Source: a bacterium (GTDB lineage: Bacteria > Patescibacteriota > Minisyncoccia > UBA6257 > 2-01-FULL-56-20). From it: a DNA stretch of 64,000 bases. The notes under the pieces are model-generated. The model saw only the letters and a program-made list of their open reading frames with translations. It was not told the origin of the DNA and did no database searches. Location of the stretch: contig DAICZW010000001.1 in assembly GCA_027310965.1 (NCBI GenBank), positions 37,236 through 101,235 of the forward strand. The letters run 5' to 3'. Within the stretch, counting starts at the first letter, position 1. Every line of letters starts with the position of its first letter. Below are positions 39,261 to 48,851 of this stretch, piece by piece. A program made the translations under genes and the position numbers.

Positions 39261-40193
39261 TTACATTATTACCATGCCGATTGCGATAATGCCCAGGATA
39301 AACGAAGTAAGAAGGAGGTCGGGAAGCCGGAAAAATCTGAACTTGGCGATGCTCGATTCAAGCGCGGCTATTGCGGCGCAAAAAACAAGGATTTTCAGCG
39401 CAAAAATTCCCAGTCCGAAAGCTATGGCGCCCATGCTTGGCGAAATTGCGATGCCCCACGGGAAGAACAGGCTCGATCCGAGCGCGATGAAGATCGCGAG
39501 CTTGTTGGCCGACGCCCATTCCATCAGCGCGAGCTTCTTCCCTGAATATTCAAGGATCATCGCTTCGTGGATCATCGTGAGTTCGAGATGGGTTGCCGGA
39601 TTATCGAAAGGAAACCGCGCCGTTTCCGCAAGAAGGACAATCAGGAATCCCGTGAAAGCGATGAATATCGGAAGGAAAAAAGAATGTCCGTTTAAGGATA
39701 TCGCCGCGGCGATGGAAAATAAGTTCGTTGTTTTGGCGATGACGGCGAGCGCGAACAGCGAAAAGATCAATCCGCCTTCCGCGAGCGCCGCAACGGTCAT
39801 CTCGCGGCTCGAACCGAAGCCGCCGAAAGAGCTTCCGGCATCCATGCCTGCGAGCGCCAGAAAGAACGTGCCGATTGCGAGGAGGTAGACGAGCGCCAGA
39901 AGATCGCCGGTGAACTTATTGGACAGGAACGCGGCGAATGTCGGGATGCCCGCCGCGGCGGCGAGCGTTACCGCAAAAACGATATACGGCGCGGCGCGGA
40001 ACAGCCACGATGCGTCGGTGCTGATAATTTCGTCCTTGTGAAGAAGTTTCCAGATATCTTTATACGGCTGGAAAATTCCCGCTCCTGCGCGGTTTTGAAG
40101 CACCGCTTTCATTTTCCTGATGATGCCGAGCATGAGCGGCGCGATCATCGGTAAAAGAAATAATTGCAATGTCCAAAGCAGGATGGTGATCAT
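39261..40193 (-). CDS. NuoH/HycD/HyfC-like membrane subunit
   Basis: 310 aa, 8 TM segments, conserved QNRAGAGIFQPYKD and loop regions of the NuoH family. Confidence 0.8.
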   Translation of the reverse strand: MITILLWTLQLFLLPMIAPLMLGIIRKMKAVLQNRAGAGIFQPYKDIWKLLHKDEIISTDASWLFRAAPYIVFAVTLAAAAGIPTFAAFLSNKFTGDLLALVYLLAIGTFFLALAGMDAGSSFGGFGSSREMTVAALAEGGLIFSLFALAVIAKTTNLFSIAAAISLNGHSFFLPIFIAFTGFLIVLLAETARFPFDNPATHLELTMIHEAMILEYSGKKLALMEWASANKLAIFIALGSSLFFPWGIAISPSMGAIAFGLGIFALKILVFCAAIAALESSIAKFRFFRLPDLLLTSFILGIIAIGMVIM

Positions 40194-40196
40194 GGC

Positions 40197-42251
40197 TTAA
40201 AATAAAGATGCCGATAATAACGCCGCGAGCAGGACGATCAGCATGTAGAGAATATACGCATTGATGTTGCCGCTTTGTATCTTTTTTACGTATCCGGATA
40301 TTTTCATGAAACCGAACCGGATCGGATCGTAGAATCGCACCCGGTAAAAATCGGCAAGATGCATGGTCGCCGTTCTTGATTTCGGAACATAGCGCATCGA
40401 GGCGTCGTTGTATTCTATGTCGGTCTGGAAACTCGGTTTCAATATTCCCTGGAAGATCATAATAATGGATCGCGAGAACCCGGTCGCCGTTATTTCCATG
40501 CGGGGCGTGAGATCGGTGCCGCAATCCCACGTGGCGCCGGTTTTGATATTTTGTTTCCGGTTGACGAGATATTTGATCGCGACTACGGAAAGGGCGAGTG
40601 CCAGAATGATGATGGCGAACAGCGCCGGCGCGGAAACCGAAGCAAAGCCGTTCACCGCGATTGTCTGGGCGGGATGAACCGCAACAATCGATGCCGCGTC
40701 GCGCAAGCCGGAAATATTTTTTACGACGGCATTCAGGATGGAAACGATGGAACCGGAAAACAGGCCGAATACGAGCGACAGGAGCGCGAGTCCCGCCATG
40801 CCAAACTGCAAAGAAAATCCCGATTCCTTCGCGCATGCGGCTTCATGGCTTCGGGGACGGGCGAGGAATGTCGCGCCGAACGCTTTTACGAAACAGGCGA
40901 GCGCAAGGCCGCTTGTAAGGGCGAGCGTTCCGGCCGACAGGATGAAGATCCAGACGACCAGGGAAGAGAACGAATAAATACCCGCGAAGAGCGACTGGAA
41001 TGTCAGCCACTCGCTGAAAAAACCGTTAAAAGGAGGGAGCGCGGCGATGGCCATCGATCCTATGAGAAAGAAAAAGGCGGTTTCGGGCATCCGTTTCATG
41101 AGCCCGCCGTATTCTTCGATATTTCTTGTGCGCGTTCCCTCGATAACGGAGCCGGCGCTCAAAAATAACAATGATTTAAAGACGGCGTGGTTCAAAGTGT
41201 GGAAAAGCGCGGCGATCATGCCCAATGCCGCGAGTGCCGGCATCCCGAGCGACGAGAAAACAAGCGCGCTGCCGATGCCGAGCAGGATGATGCCGATATT
41301 TTCGATGCTGTGGTATGCCAGAAGGCGTTTGATGTCGTGTTCGGTCAGCGCATAAAGCACGCCCAGCAAGGCGGATACGGATCCGATGACGAGTATCGCG
41401 ACGCCCCACCATAACGGCGCCGTCGTAAAAACATCGAAAAATAATTTGATCATCATGAATATCCCCGTTTTGATCATGACGCCGGACATCAATGCGGATA
41501 CGTGCGAAGGGGCGGCGGGATGGGCGTCGGGAAGCCAGATGTGCAAAGGGATGATGCCCGCTTTCATGCCGAAACCGATGAATGAAAAAATAAAGATCAT
41601 GTTTTTCGCGAACATGGGTATGGCGGCGCTGTTCGCTTTGATAACGCCGAAGTCGAACGATCCGGTGTACCGGTATAAAAGAAGGAATGCGAGCATGATG
41701 AAAGCGGTGCCGATGTGCGTCATGATGAAATAGAGGGATCCGGCTTTGATATTTTTCGGGTCGTTCCGGTCGTAGATCACCAAAAAATACGATGCGAGCG
41801 ACATGATTTCCCAGACGATAAGAAACAAGATTGCGTTGGATGCCGTAACCACCATCAGCATGCCGGCGATGAAGAAATGGTAAAAAAATCCCAGGGTGCC
41901 GATGGTGTATTTTTTATAATAATGTTTGACGTATCCTATGCCGTAGATCGAAGCGAAAAGCGCCACCAATGAAATGATAAAAATAAAAAACGCGGACAGC
42001 GCGCCGACGGCGAACGATATCGATAAAAAAGGAGAGAGCGCCGCGGCGATATGGAATGATAATGTCGTTCCGGAAATGAATATGGAAAGCGCGAAAATGA
42101 TGCCCCAGAGCGACCCGCCGACGGCGAACGCGCTGCTCCAAAAATTTGCAAGCGCGTCATTTTTCCTGAACGCCAATGCGCCCAAGGCTCCCGCGGCGAA
42201 GAATGAAAGCAGCAATAAAAAACCGCCTTGCGATGCAATGGATGCGATCAT
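40197..42251 (-). CDS. NuoL/HyfB/MnhA-like large antiporter-type membrane subunit
   Basis: 684 aa, ~17 TM segments, WLPDAHPAAPSHVSALMSG core. Confidence 0.85.
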   Translation of the reverse strand: MIASIASQGGFLLLLSFFAAGALGALAFRKNDALANFWSSAFAVGGSLWGIIFALSIFISGTTLSFHIAAALSPFLSISFAVGALSAFFIFIISLVALFASIYGIGYVKHYYKKYTIGTLGFFYHFFIAGMLMVVTASNAILFLIVWEIMSLASYFLVIYDRNDPKNIKAGSLYFIMTHIGTAFIMLAFLLLYRYTGSFDFGVIKANSAAIPMFAKNMIFIFSFIGFGMKAGIIPLHIWLPDAHPAAPSHVSALMSGVMIKTGIFMMIKLFFDVFTTAPLWWGVAILVIGSVSALLGVLYALTEHDIKRLLAYHSIENIGIILLGIGSALVFSSLGMPALAALGMIAALFHTLNHAVFKSLLFLSAGSVIEGTRTRNIEEYGGLMKRMPETAFFFLIGSMAIAALPPFNGFFSEWLTFQSLFAGIYSFSSLVVWIFILSAGTLALTSGLALACFVKAFGATFLARPRSHEAACAKESGFSLQFGMAGLALLSLVFGLFSGSIVSILNAVVKNISGLRDAASIVAVHPAQTIAVNGFASVSAPALFAIIILALALSVVAIKYLVNRKQNIKTGATWDCGTDLTPRMEITATGFSRSIIMIFQGILKPSFQTDIEYNDASMRYVPKSRTATMHLADFYRVRFYDPIRFGFMKISGYVKKIQSGNINAYILYMLIVLLAALLSASLF

Positions 42252-42829
42252 GATAGTGAGGCTGATTTTTTATGCTCGATATCGTTGAGGATCGCCAAAA
42301 GGTGGCGGAGGATGATTTTGGGGGAAGGAGGATCGCCCGGGATCTGATAATCGACGGGAATCACGTTATGCGCGCCGTCCAAAACCGCATATGATCCTCT
42401 ATAAATACCGCCGTCGATTGCGTCATCGCCGACCGCCACGACGATCTTCGGATCGGGCGTCGCCCGGTATGCGCGGACCAGCGCTTCGCGCATATTCCTT
42501 GTCACGGGGCCGGTCACCATAAGCATGTCGGCGTGTCTTGGTGAAGCGACAAAATGGATGCCGAAGCGTTCAATGTCGTAAAAAGCGTTCGAAAGCGCGA
42601 CCAGTTCCTGTTCGCAGGCGTTATCGGATCCGGCGTCGACCTGACGTATCGCGAGCGACCCGCGGAATAATTTCTTGACGCGGTCGCTTATTTTTCCTCC
42701 GAGAGCGGCGACCTCGTCTTTTTCCATAGCGCTGTCACGGAACGGGATGACGGGGCTTTTCGTCCGGAATATTTTTGTGAGTAGCCTCAACATGGATTGA
42801 ATGCGGATTGAATTATGATAATGCCGCAC
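42248..42829 (-). CDS. NuoB-like (hydrogenase small-subunit-like) protein with three of the four N2 [4Fe-4S] cysteine ligands replaced
   Basis: Aligns to NuoB across RFG...SPRHADMLMVTG...PDPKIVVAVG...VIPVDYQIPG. The Cys motifs become CCxxE>ACEQE, GTC>GPV, GAC>GDD and PGCPP>PGDPP. Confidence 0.8.
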   Translation of the reverse strand: MRHYHNSIRIQSMLRLLTKIFRTKSPVIPFRDSAMEKDEVAALGGKISDRVKKLFRGSLAIRQVDAGSDNACEQELVALSNAFYDIERFGIHFVASPRHADMLMVTGPVTRNMREALVRAYRATPDPKIVVAVGDDAIDGGIYRGSYAVLDGAHNVIPVDYQIPGDPPSPKIILRHLLAILNDIEHKKSASLS

Positions 42830-42869
42830 ATTATAATTTGCAAGAAAAAAATAACGATTTTTTTAAAGC

Positions 42870-42945
42870 GTGGATCCTCGCCCTGTGGAGTAGGCGAAGT
42901 CGCCACTCCATAGGGCGAGTCTCCGCGAGGACGACAAGAAAAGGC
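42870..42945. repeat. REP-like palindrome upstream of the Ehr-like operon
   Basis: GGATCCTCGCCCTGTGGAGTAGGCGAAGTCGCCACTCCATAGGGCGAGTCTCCGCGAGGACGAC. A near-identical copy occurs at 48700..48790. Confidence 0.65.
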
Positions 42946-43013
42946 AATGACCCGCGCTTTTAAATGACCGCGTTCGGCGGCGCCGAAAAACGGGAAGGGC
43001 CATGAGGGCGTTT

Positions 43014-43598
43014 TTAAACAACCTCGTTTTCTTTCAGTGTGAACCGATAGGGTTTTTCCGCCCATGTGCGGCCGGCGAAATTAACGCCGATTCTTTTTCG
43101 CGCGGCAATGGTCCGTTTTTTTATTTTTATTCCGCGATCTTCGAACCATAAGCCGGTTTTTTTGCAGGCGCGTTTTCCGTTTTGCGCATCGGCGATATGC
43201 AGGAATTTTGCAAGCCGCGCCGGACCATTGACAATAATTCCCTCGCCGGTTTTCGGGTCATTATATTTTCCGGCGCGCAAAAGCGCCGCCGCGGGATAAT
43301 CCGCGGGGCCGGTCACGATATTAACGAGCCAATGCATGCCGTATACGAAATAAATATAGAAATGTCCCGGTTCGCCGAACATTATTTCCGTCCGTTCCGT
43401 TCTGCCGCGGCTCGCGTGCGATGCCTTATCGCGCGGTCCGTCGTACGCTTCGACGTCGGTGATCATGAGCGCGATCCGTTTGCCGCGCCACGATCGCACG
43501 ATATATTTTCCGATAAGATCTTTCGCCGCGACAATCGTCGGCCGATTGAAGAATTTTTGCGGAAGTGTTTTCGCCATGAAATCCAATAGTATAATCAT
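43014..43598 (-). CDS. DNA-3-methyladenine glycosylase (Mpg/AAG family)
   Basis: VEAYDGPRDKASHASRGRTERTEIMFGEPGHFYIYFVYGMHWLVNIV. Alternative start at 43577 (MAKTLPQ...). Confidence 0.8.
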   Translation of the reverse strand: MIILLDFMAKTLPQKFFNRPTIVAAKDLIGKYIVRSWRGKRIALMITDVEAYDGPRDKASHASRGRTERTEIMFGEPGHFYIYFVYGMHWLVNIVTGPADYPAAALLRAGKYNDPKTGEGIIVNGPARLAKFLHIADAQNGKRACKKTGLWFEDRGIKIKKRTIAARKRIGVNFAGRTWAEKPYRFTLKENEVV

Positions 43599-43809
43599 TG
43601 AGAGTATATCCCAAGAGGAAATCTTTCGGTAGCGCGGTTATTTCGCGGAATGCCGCCGATTCCCTGAAACGCGACCCGCTTGATTTACCCCGAAAGAAAG
43701 GATAGAATTTTCGATAAAGATGCGTTGGTATTCATTTATAGAACCTGCTTTAAAAGTAAGACAGAGAGTTTGCTTAAAAAGTTATTTTTGAGACAGGTTC
43801 TCATCAATG

Positions 43810-43884
43810 CGGTCGTAGCTCAATTTGGTTAGAGCACCGCCCTGTCACGGCGGGGGTTGCCGGTTCAAGTCCGGTCGACCGCGC
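43810..43884 (+). tRNA. tRNA-Asp (anticodon GTC); CCA not encoded
   Basis: Acceptor GCGGTCG/CGACCGC; D arm GCTC...GAGC; anticodon stem CCGCC/GGCGG with loop CTGTCAC; T arm GCCGG-TTCAAGT-CCGGT; discriminator G. Confidence 0.85.
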
Positions 43885-44166
43885 CCCTTTGGGCACGTTT
43901 GAGATACCGCTGGGGCCTTCATGGTTCCAGCGGGTTTGCGACGGCCGATGCTCTTTAATCTCCACCGGGCAGCCTCTAAAGCGATAAATACTACAACTTG
44001 TTTCCCTGCCGGTCCTTGCCGCAGGGTCCATGCAGGAAAGTCCGAAAACCTTTGTTTTCTGATATACCGACCTCATGAGACGGGTTCTTTTTGCAACAGG
44101 AGGATCAGGAAGCGCCGCCTGCAAGTCATAGACTTCAAACGCGTCCGCCCAAGCGCGCATAAAAAT

Positions 44167-44200
44167 AAAACCGCTCTCCGATGGGCGGTTTTATTTTTTT
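44167..44200. terminator. Rho-independent terminator (bidirectional) closing the tRNA-Asp transcript and the convergent membrane-protein gene
   Basis: AAAACCGCtctccgatggGCGGTTTTATTTTTTT. Confidence 0.6.
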
Positions 44201-44257
44201 CTTTCGGATATCGGTCCGGCGGCATAACGGAATTTCAAAATAACGAAACAGGATTCT

Positions 44258-44617
44258 TTATAAAATCATCGGTGATGAAAATACAAAAAGAATTCCCGAT
44301 ATGGCGCATTCAAGAAAATATAATAACGCAATGCCGGACGCAAAAAACAGGAACGAGCTGAAAAATCCGGCGCGTGCGGCGGACAGGGGATTTAAAAAAC
44401 GGCGATAGATGAAAAACGGGATAACGCCGATTGTGATATATGAAATCGCAAGCGTTATGATGGCCATAAGCATATCCGCCGCTGGAAATATCCTTATTAT
44501 TATTTCATAGCCCGCAAGACCGGGGCGCATGCTGCCGGAAAAGATCCACGGCGCAAGCGCGAATAAAATAATTCCCGTTAAAAACCCCGCGATGATGTCG
44601 GCGTAATTCCGTTTCAT
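44258..44617 (-). CDS. Small 4-TM membrane protein, hypothetical
   Basis: 119 aa, hydrophobic, overlaps the start of the upstream lipase gene stop by 4 nt. Confidence 0.5.
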   Translation of the reverse strand: MKRNYADIIAGFLTGIILFALAPWIFSGSMRPGLAGYEIIIRIFPAADMLMAIITLAISYITIGVIPFFIYRRFLNPLSAARAGFFSSFLFFASGIALLYFLECAISGILFVFSSPMIL

Positions 44618-47055
44618 GAAGAATCCCGCTGAAAAGATTTTTGGATTCTTCCTTTTTCTCTTTTTCCGTCGCCGCGCGGGCGGATCGCCGCAGAACGGAC
44701 TTCGAAATAGATTTTCTTGACGCGCGGACTCCCTGCTTTATCGATTGCGCGGATTATGAAAATATTTTTGCCGAGCTTTGTGAAAGTAACATTATCGCCG
44801 CTCGAAACCGGAACGTCGTTCATGGTCGCCGCGATTGACGCGACGCCCGATTCGCCATCAACGGCGCTGAACGATATCGTTGCCGTACTGTCCAGAAGCG
44901 GCGCGCGCGGAAGCGCGGATACCAAGATGACCGGCGGCGTGAAGTCATTTATGGCGTCCGGCGCGGAAAGAATTGCGTCGGGATGGCGTATTTTTTCAAA
45001 TTTCGGTCGGCTCTTGCGTCCCGTTTTTAGGTCAATATTTTTTCCGAACCCGGAAAAATCAAGTTCCGCAATCGAACTCGTGCCGTCCTGCGGCACCGAA
45101 AGATAGGTTGCCTGCCGGTCGATCGCGCCGCCGCGATAACCTTTCACTTTCATATCGAATGTTCCGGATGCCGTCGCTTGATTGATTGCTCTGTAATTAT
45201 TTCCCGCCGGAACGAGAATAAAAGCGTTGTCGCCGAGCTTTTCGTATTCGCTTCCAGGGATGCCGAGCGCGACCGTTCCCGACGCCGTTATGCCGGTATA
45301 TTGGTTTTCGGCGTTGTACACGCCGAGATCGGCCGAACCGTGCGTGCTGAATTCAAGGGTTGTCTCGCCTTCCGATGATATTGTTGCCGATTTTTGCGGC
45401 GAAACGCAATCGGCGGTGGATGCCGAAATGCCCTGCGGCAGGGGCGCCGTGACGCCCTCGATTATATTTTTTATGAGCGTGACCGGCCGCGCATCGCTCG
45501 TGAGTCCCGTATGGTCGATGCCGGTTTCGCCGCTCATCACGAAATAATTATGAAATTGATTCGCCCTGTCCATCGCGCTCGTTTCCGGCACGGTGCCATC
45601 GCCGGCCGCGCGCCGAAGATTTATCACGCCGTCATCATAAAGATCAAATCCCGTAATCGTCGGCTTTCCGCAGCCGACGATATTATAGACGTCCGGCGCG
45701 GCGATCGGATGATCGTCAATTGCGTCGTGGAACGCATCCGCGGCATTCAAAAGTCCGGCGTTACGGCGGTCGGCGCTGTCGCTTGTCATCACGTTCGCCG
45801 TCGCGTCATAATCAAGAAATTGTTCGCCGCCGTTCCGAAAATCCTGTACGTATCCGCCATTCTCGGCGACGTATTTCCTGCTCGGCAGTAATTGATAGAG
45901 AGAAGGCATATTCTGGGCGATTTTTTTTATCTCATCGCCGTTTACGACCGGAATACCCAGATCGTCGCCGTAATTCAATATCTTGAACGTGTCCGGCGCG
46001 CCGAGCTGGGGAACTCCCGCGAGTATCACTTTATCCAGGAACGGCGCGTTCGGAATTTCCGCGAGGTATTTTTTGAGCACCAGTCCGCCCATGCTGTGCG
46101 CGATGATGTCTATCTTTCCTGTCGGCGACGCCGCGGCCGCCTGTGCGATCTTCGCCGCGATTGCGGGAATGGCGCGGTTGATATCGAGCCGCCAGTCGTA
46201 CGGCGCCGTAAAAAGATTCCGGTTTTCAACGTAGCCGTCGTTTTTGAACGCACCGATCAGGTTACCGTAAAAATCATCGCTGAAAAGGACGATGCCGCCG
46301 ACCGTAATCGCCGCCGCCGATAATATTCCCGCCGCGCGTATCGTGCTTTGGGCATCGTCGCCGTTGGTATTGAGCATCAGCGCATCAAGATAATCATCCG
46401 ACGGCGATACGATCATCGTGTCGACGTTCGGCCATGCCTCGCTTCCGTCGGACGTTTTTTGAAGCGCCGTCCCCGCAATGCCGGGAATAATGACGACGGG
46501 TTCGCGCAGCGCGACCGTGAAATCGGTGTTCCCCGGAACGCCGAATTCCTGCCAGCCGGATACGGCGCCCGTGAGAACATTTTGAAGCCGCGCGCGCCAG
46601 TGATAGCCTCCGTTCGCGAGTCCATGCATTGCAACGGCACTGTTTTGCGTCCAAAGAAAAATATTTCCTGCCGCGGTCGGTACGCCGGTGAACGCCGCGT
46701 TCGTCGGCCGGACCTCGACCTGCAGCCGCAGCGGTATAAAAACTCTCGACGGAAATGAGATGCCGAGTATCGCCGTTCCCGCCGCGAGCGTGCCGCCTTC
46801 GAGGATCGCCGTTGCCTCGTCGGACCTGTATTGGTGCAATGATCCTTGCGGAAACCGGAATATAGTGAAGAAAAATCCGTTCCCGGTTGCCGGCGATATA
46901 TTTGCTCTATTAATAGATGGGCGCTGCGGCGAAAAGCTTGCGCTTAAAGCGCTGCTCGATAACAACGCAATAGCGAACAATACAAAAATGTTCCGTGTGA
47001 GGTATTTTACCGTTGCAACAGGTTGTATCATGGGATTGCTCCCAGTAAAACACAC
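44614..47055 (-). CDS. Secreted LCAT/PGAP1-like alpha/beta-hydrolase (lipase/acyltransferase) with large C-terminal beta-rich domains
   Basis: Signal-peptide-like N-terminus (start probably at 47031, MIQPVATVKYLTRNIFVLFAIALLSSSALSA). IIAHSMGGLV GxSxG nucleophile elbow. Confidence 0.6.
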   Translation of the reverse strand: MCFTGSNPMIQPVATVKYLTRNIFVLFAIALLSSSALSASFSPQRPSINRANISPATGNGFFFTIFRFPQGSLHQYRSDEATAILEGGTLAAGTAILGISFPSRVFIPLRLQVEVRPTNAAFTGVPTAAGNIFLWTQNSAVAMHGLANGGYHWRARLQNVLTGAVSGWQEFGVPGNTDFTVALREPVVIIPGIAGTALQKTSDGSEAWPNVDTMIVSPSDDYLDALMLNTNGDDAQSTIRAAGILSAAAITVGGIVLFSDDFYGNLIGAFKNDGYVENRNLFTAPYDWRLDINRAIPAIAAKIAQAAAASPTGKIDIIAHSMGGLVLKKYLAEIPNAPFLDKVILAGVPQLGAPDTFKILNYGDDLGIPVVNGDEIKKIAQNMPSLYQLLPSRKYVAENGGYVQDFRNGGEQFLDYDATANVMTSDSADRRNAGLLNAADAFHDAIDDHPIAAPDVYNIVGCGKPTITGFDLYDDGVINLRRAAGDGTVPETSAMDRANQFHNYFVMSGETGIDHTGLTSDARPVTLIKNIIEGVTAPLPQGISASTADCVSPQKSATISSEGETTLEFSTHGSADLGVYNAENQYTGITASGTVALGIPGSEYEKLGDNAFILVPAGNNYRAINQATASGTFDMKVKGYRGGAIDRQATYLSVPQDGTSSIAELDFSGFGKNIDLKTGRKSRPKFEKIRHPDAILSAPDAINDFTPPVILVSALPRAPLLDSTATISFSAVDGESGVASIAATMNDVPVSSGDNVTFTKLGKNIFIIRAIDKAGSPRVKKIYFEVRSAAIRPRGDGKREKGRIQKSFQRDSS

Positions 47056-47200
47056 TGCCGATTAAAACTATTTAAAGAAACGTTTCGTAAGTCTGTTTTT
47101 GAGGCGGACTCTATTGCTTCGGCTGCAGAGGGGATTTTTTCGGTATTATAAAGGAGAATAGACGGCGGATGATATAAAAAAGTATTTCAAATACGTTTTT

Positions 47201-48547
47201 TTGTTTCTCATAATCATGGAATCCCGTTATAATGAGTGCATGGAGGAAAACGATCAAAAAGAGAAGAAAGAGAAAGGACCGCGAAAGAGATGGGCCGCGC
47301 GGCTTTTTAGAATCCTCGGTCCGGGACTCATCACGGGCGCGGCGGACGATGATCCGTCGGGCATAGCGACGTATTCCCAGACCGGCGCGCAGTTCGGCTA
47401 CGGCCAGCTTTGGACGGCTCTTTTTTTGTATCCTTTGATGACGGCCGTGCAGGAGGCGTGCGCGCGGATTGGCGCGGTGACGAAAAAAGGCATCGCGTCG
47501 GTCGTAAAAGAGCATTACGGCCGGACAATTTTGTATTGCGCAGTTTTTCTCATCGTACTTGCGAACACGATCAATATCGGCGCGGATATCGGCGCGATGG
47601 CGGCGGCCGTGCGCCTCGTCGTGCCGATTCCCTTCGCGGTCGCCACGCTTTTTTTTGCGGCGCTGATGCTCACGCTCGAGATATTTATTTCATATAAAAA
47701 ATATGCCCGCATTTTGAAATGGCTTGCCGCGAGCATGCTGGTCTATCCCGCTACATTGCTTTTGATCGCCGCGCCGTGGGGCGCGATTCTTCGCGCCACG
47801 TTCCTGCCGCGCATCGAGCTGAATGCCGCTTTCTTTTTCGTCATTACCGGCGTCATAGGCACGACGATTTCGCCGTATATGTTTTTTTGGCAGGCGTCGG
47901 AAGAGGTGGAGGAAGAGGTCGAGCAGGGGATTGCGAAGCGGCATGCGGTTGACAAAGGTTTTATAAAAAATATGCGCATCGATAATGCGCTGGGAATGTT
48001 TCTTTCGCAGGCCGTCATGTGGTGCATCATCGTGGTTACGGGCACCGTCCTTCACCGGGGCGGCGTGACGAATATCGCGACGGCTGCCGATGCCGCAAAG
48101 GCGCTCGCGCCGCTTGTGCATACTTTTCCCGACGCCGGATTCCTTGCGGAGATCGTTTTTGCGATCGGCATCGTCGGGCTCGGCCTTCTTTCGGTGCCGG
48201 TGCTCGCCGGTTCCGCGGCGTACGCCGTTGCCGAGGCGTTCGATTGGCATGAAGGGCTTTACCGGAAATTGCGCAAAGCGCACGGGTTTTACGGCGTCAT
48301 CACGGTTGCGACGTTCGTCGGGCTTGCCATTAATTTTGTCGGCATCAATCCGATGAAAGCGCTTATCGTCGCCGCCGTTGTGAACGGCGTCGTTTCCGTC
48401 CCGCTTATTTTTCTCATTGCTTTTATTTCGTCGAACAAAAAAATCATGGGCGAACACGCGAGCGGCCGCCTTTCAAAAATATTCCTTTGGATTTCTTTTG
48501 TCGCGATTCTTATTGCGGCGATTGCAATGTTCGCGACGGTATTATAG
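47201..48547 (+). CDS. mntH: NRAMP-family divalent metal (Mn2+/Fe2+) transporter
   Basis: GPGLITGAADDDPSGIATYSQTGAQFGYGQLW (DPGN-type motif variant), 11-12 TM segments. Confidence 0.8.
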   Translation: MFLIIMESRYNECMEENDQKEKKEKGPRKRWAARLFRILGPGLITGAADDDPSGIATYSQTGAQFGYGQLWTALFLYPLMTAVQEACARIGAVTKKGIASVVKEHYGRTILYCAVFLIVLANTINIGADIGAMAAAVRLVVPIPFAVATLFFAALMLTLEIFISYKKYARILKWLAASMLVYPATLLLIAAPWGAILRATFLPRIELNAAFFFVITGVIGTTISPYMFFWQASEEVEEEVEQGIAKRHAVDKGFIKNMRIDNALGMFLSQAVMWCIIVVTGTVLHRGGVTNIATAADAAKALAPLVHTFPDAGFLAEIVFAIGIVGLGLLSVPVLAGSAAYAVAEAFDWHEGLYRKLRKAHGFYGVITVATFVGLAINFVGINPMKALIVAAVVNGVVSVPLIFLIAFISSNKKIMGEHASGRLSKIFLWISFVAILIAAIAMFATVL

Positions 48548-48599
48548 GACCCGGTTAAGAAAATAAATAAAATAGGGTAACCTCTCGCTGCCTATAACC

Positions 48600-48830
48600 A
48601 GCGCCGATTCTGTCGCGGCATTTTCCCCTCCGCCGTCCCTTCGAAGGAGGGGATCCGTGCTTTTCGTCTTAGTTTGTGAGTTTTAAATCGTGAATTATAA
48701 AATTCTTAAAGCGTGGATCCTCGCCCTGTGGAGCAGGCAAAGCCGCCACTCCATAGGGCGAGTCTCCGCGAGGACGACAGAAAAAGCATATAGATCCTCG
48801 ACCAGGCCGAGGACGACGGAAAAGATGGGT
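48600..48830. repeat. Cluster of REP-like palindromes
   Basis: CCCCTCCGCCGTCCCTTCGAAGGAGGGGATCC hairpin; the GGATCCTCGCCCTGTGGAGCAGGCAAAGCCGCCACTCCATAGGGCGAGTCTCCGCGAGGACGAC copy; GGATCCTCGACCAGGCCGAGGACGACGG. Confidence 0.65.
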
Positions 48831-48851
48831 ACCGGCGCGTACGTCCTCTAT

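Noticed and set aside
43885-44160. Possible RNase P RNA, because of a GGAAAGTCCG 10-mer matching the P4 CR-I motif
   Set aside because: The flanking sequence is AAAACC, not the obligatory GGGCUCC, and no CR-V ACAGAACCCGGCUUA partner or other conserved RNase P regions are present.
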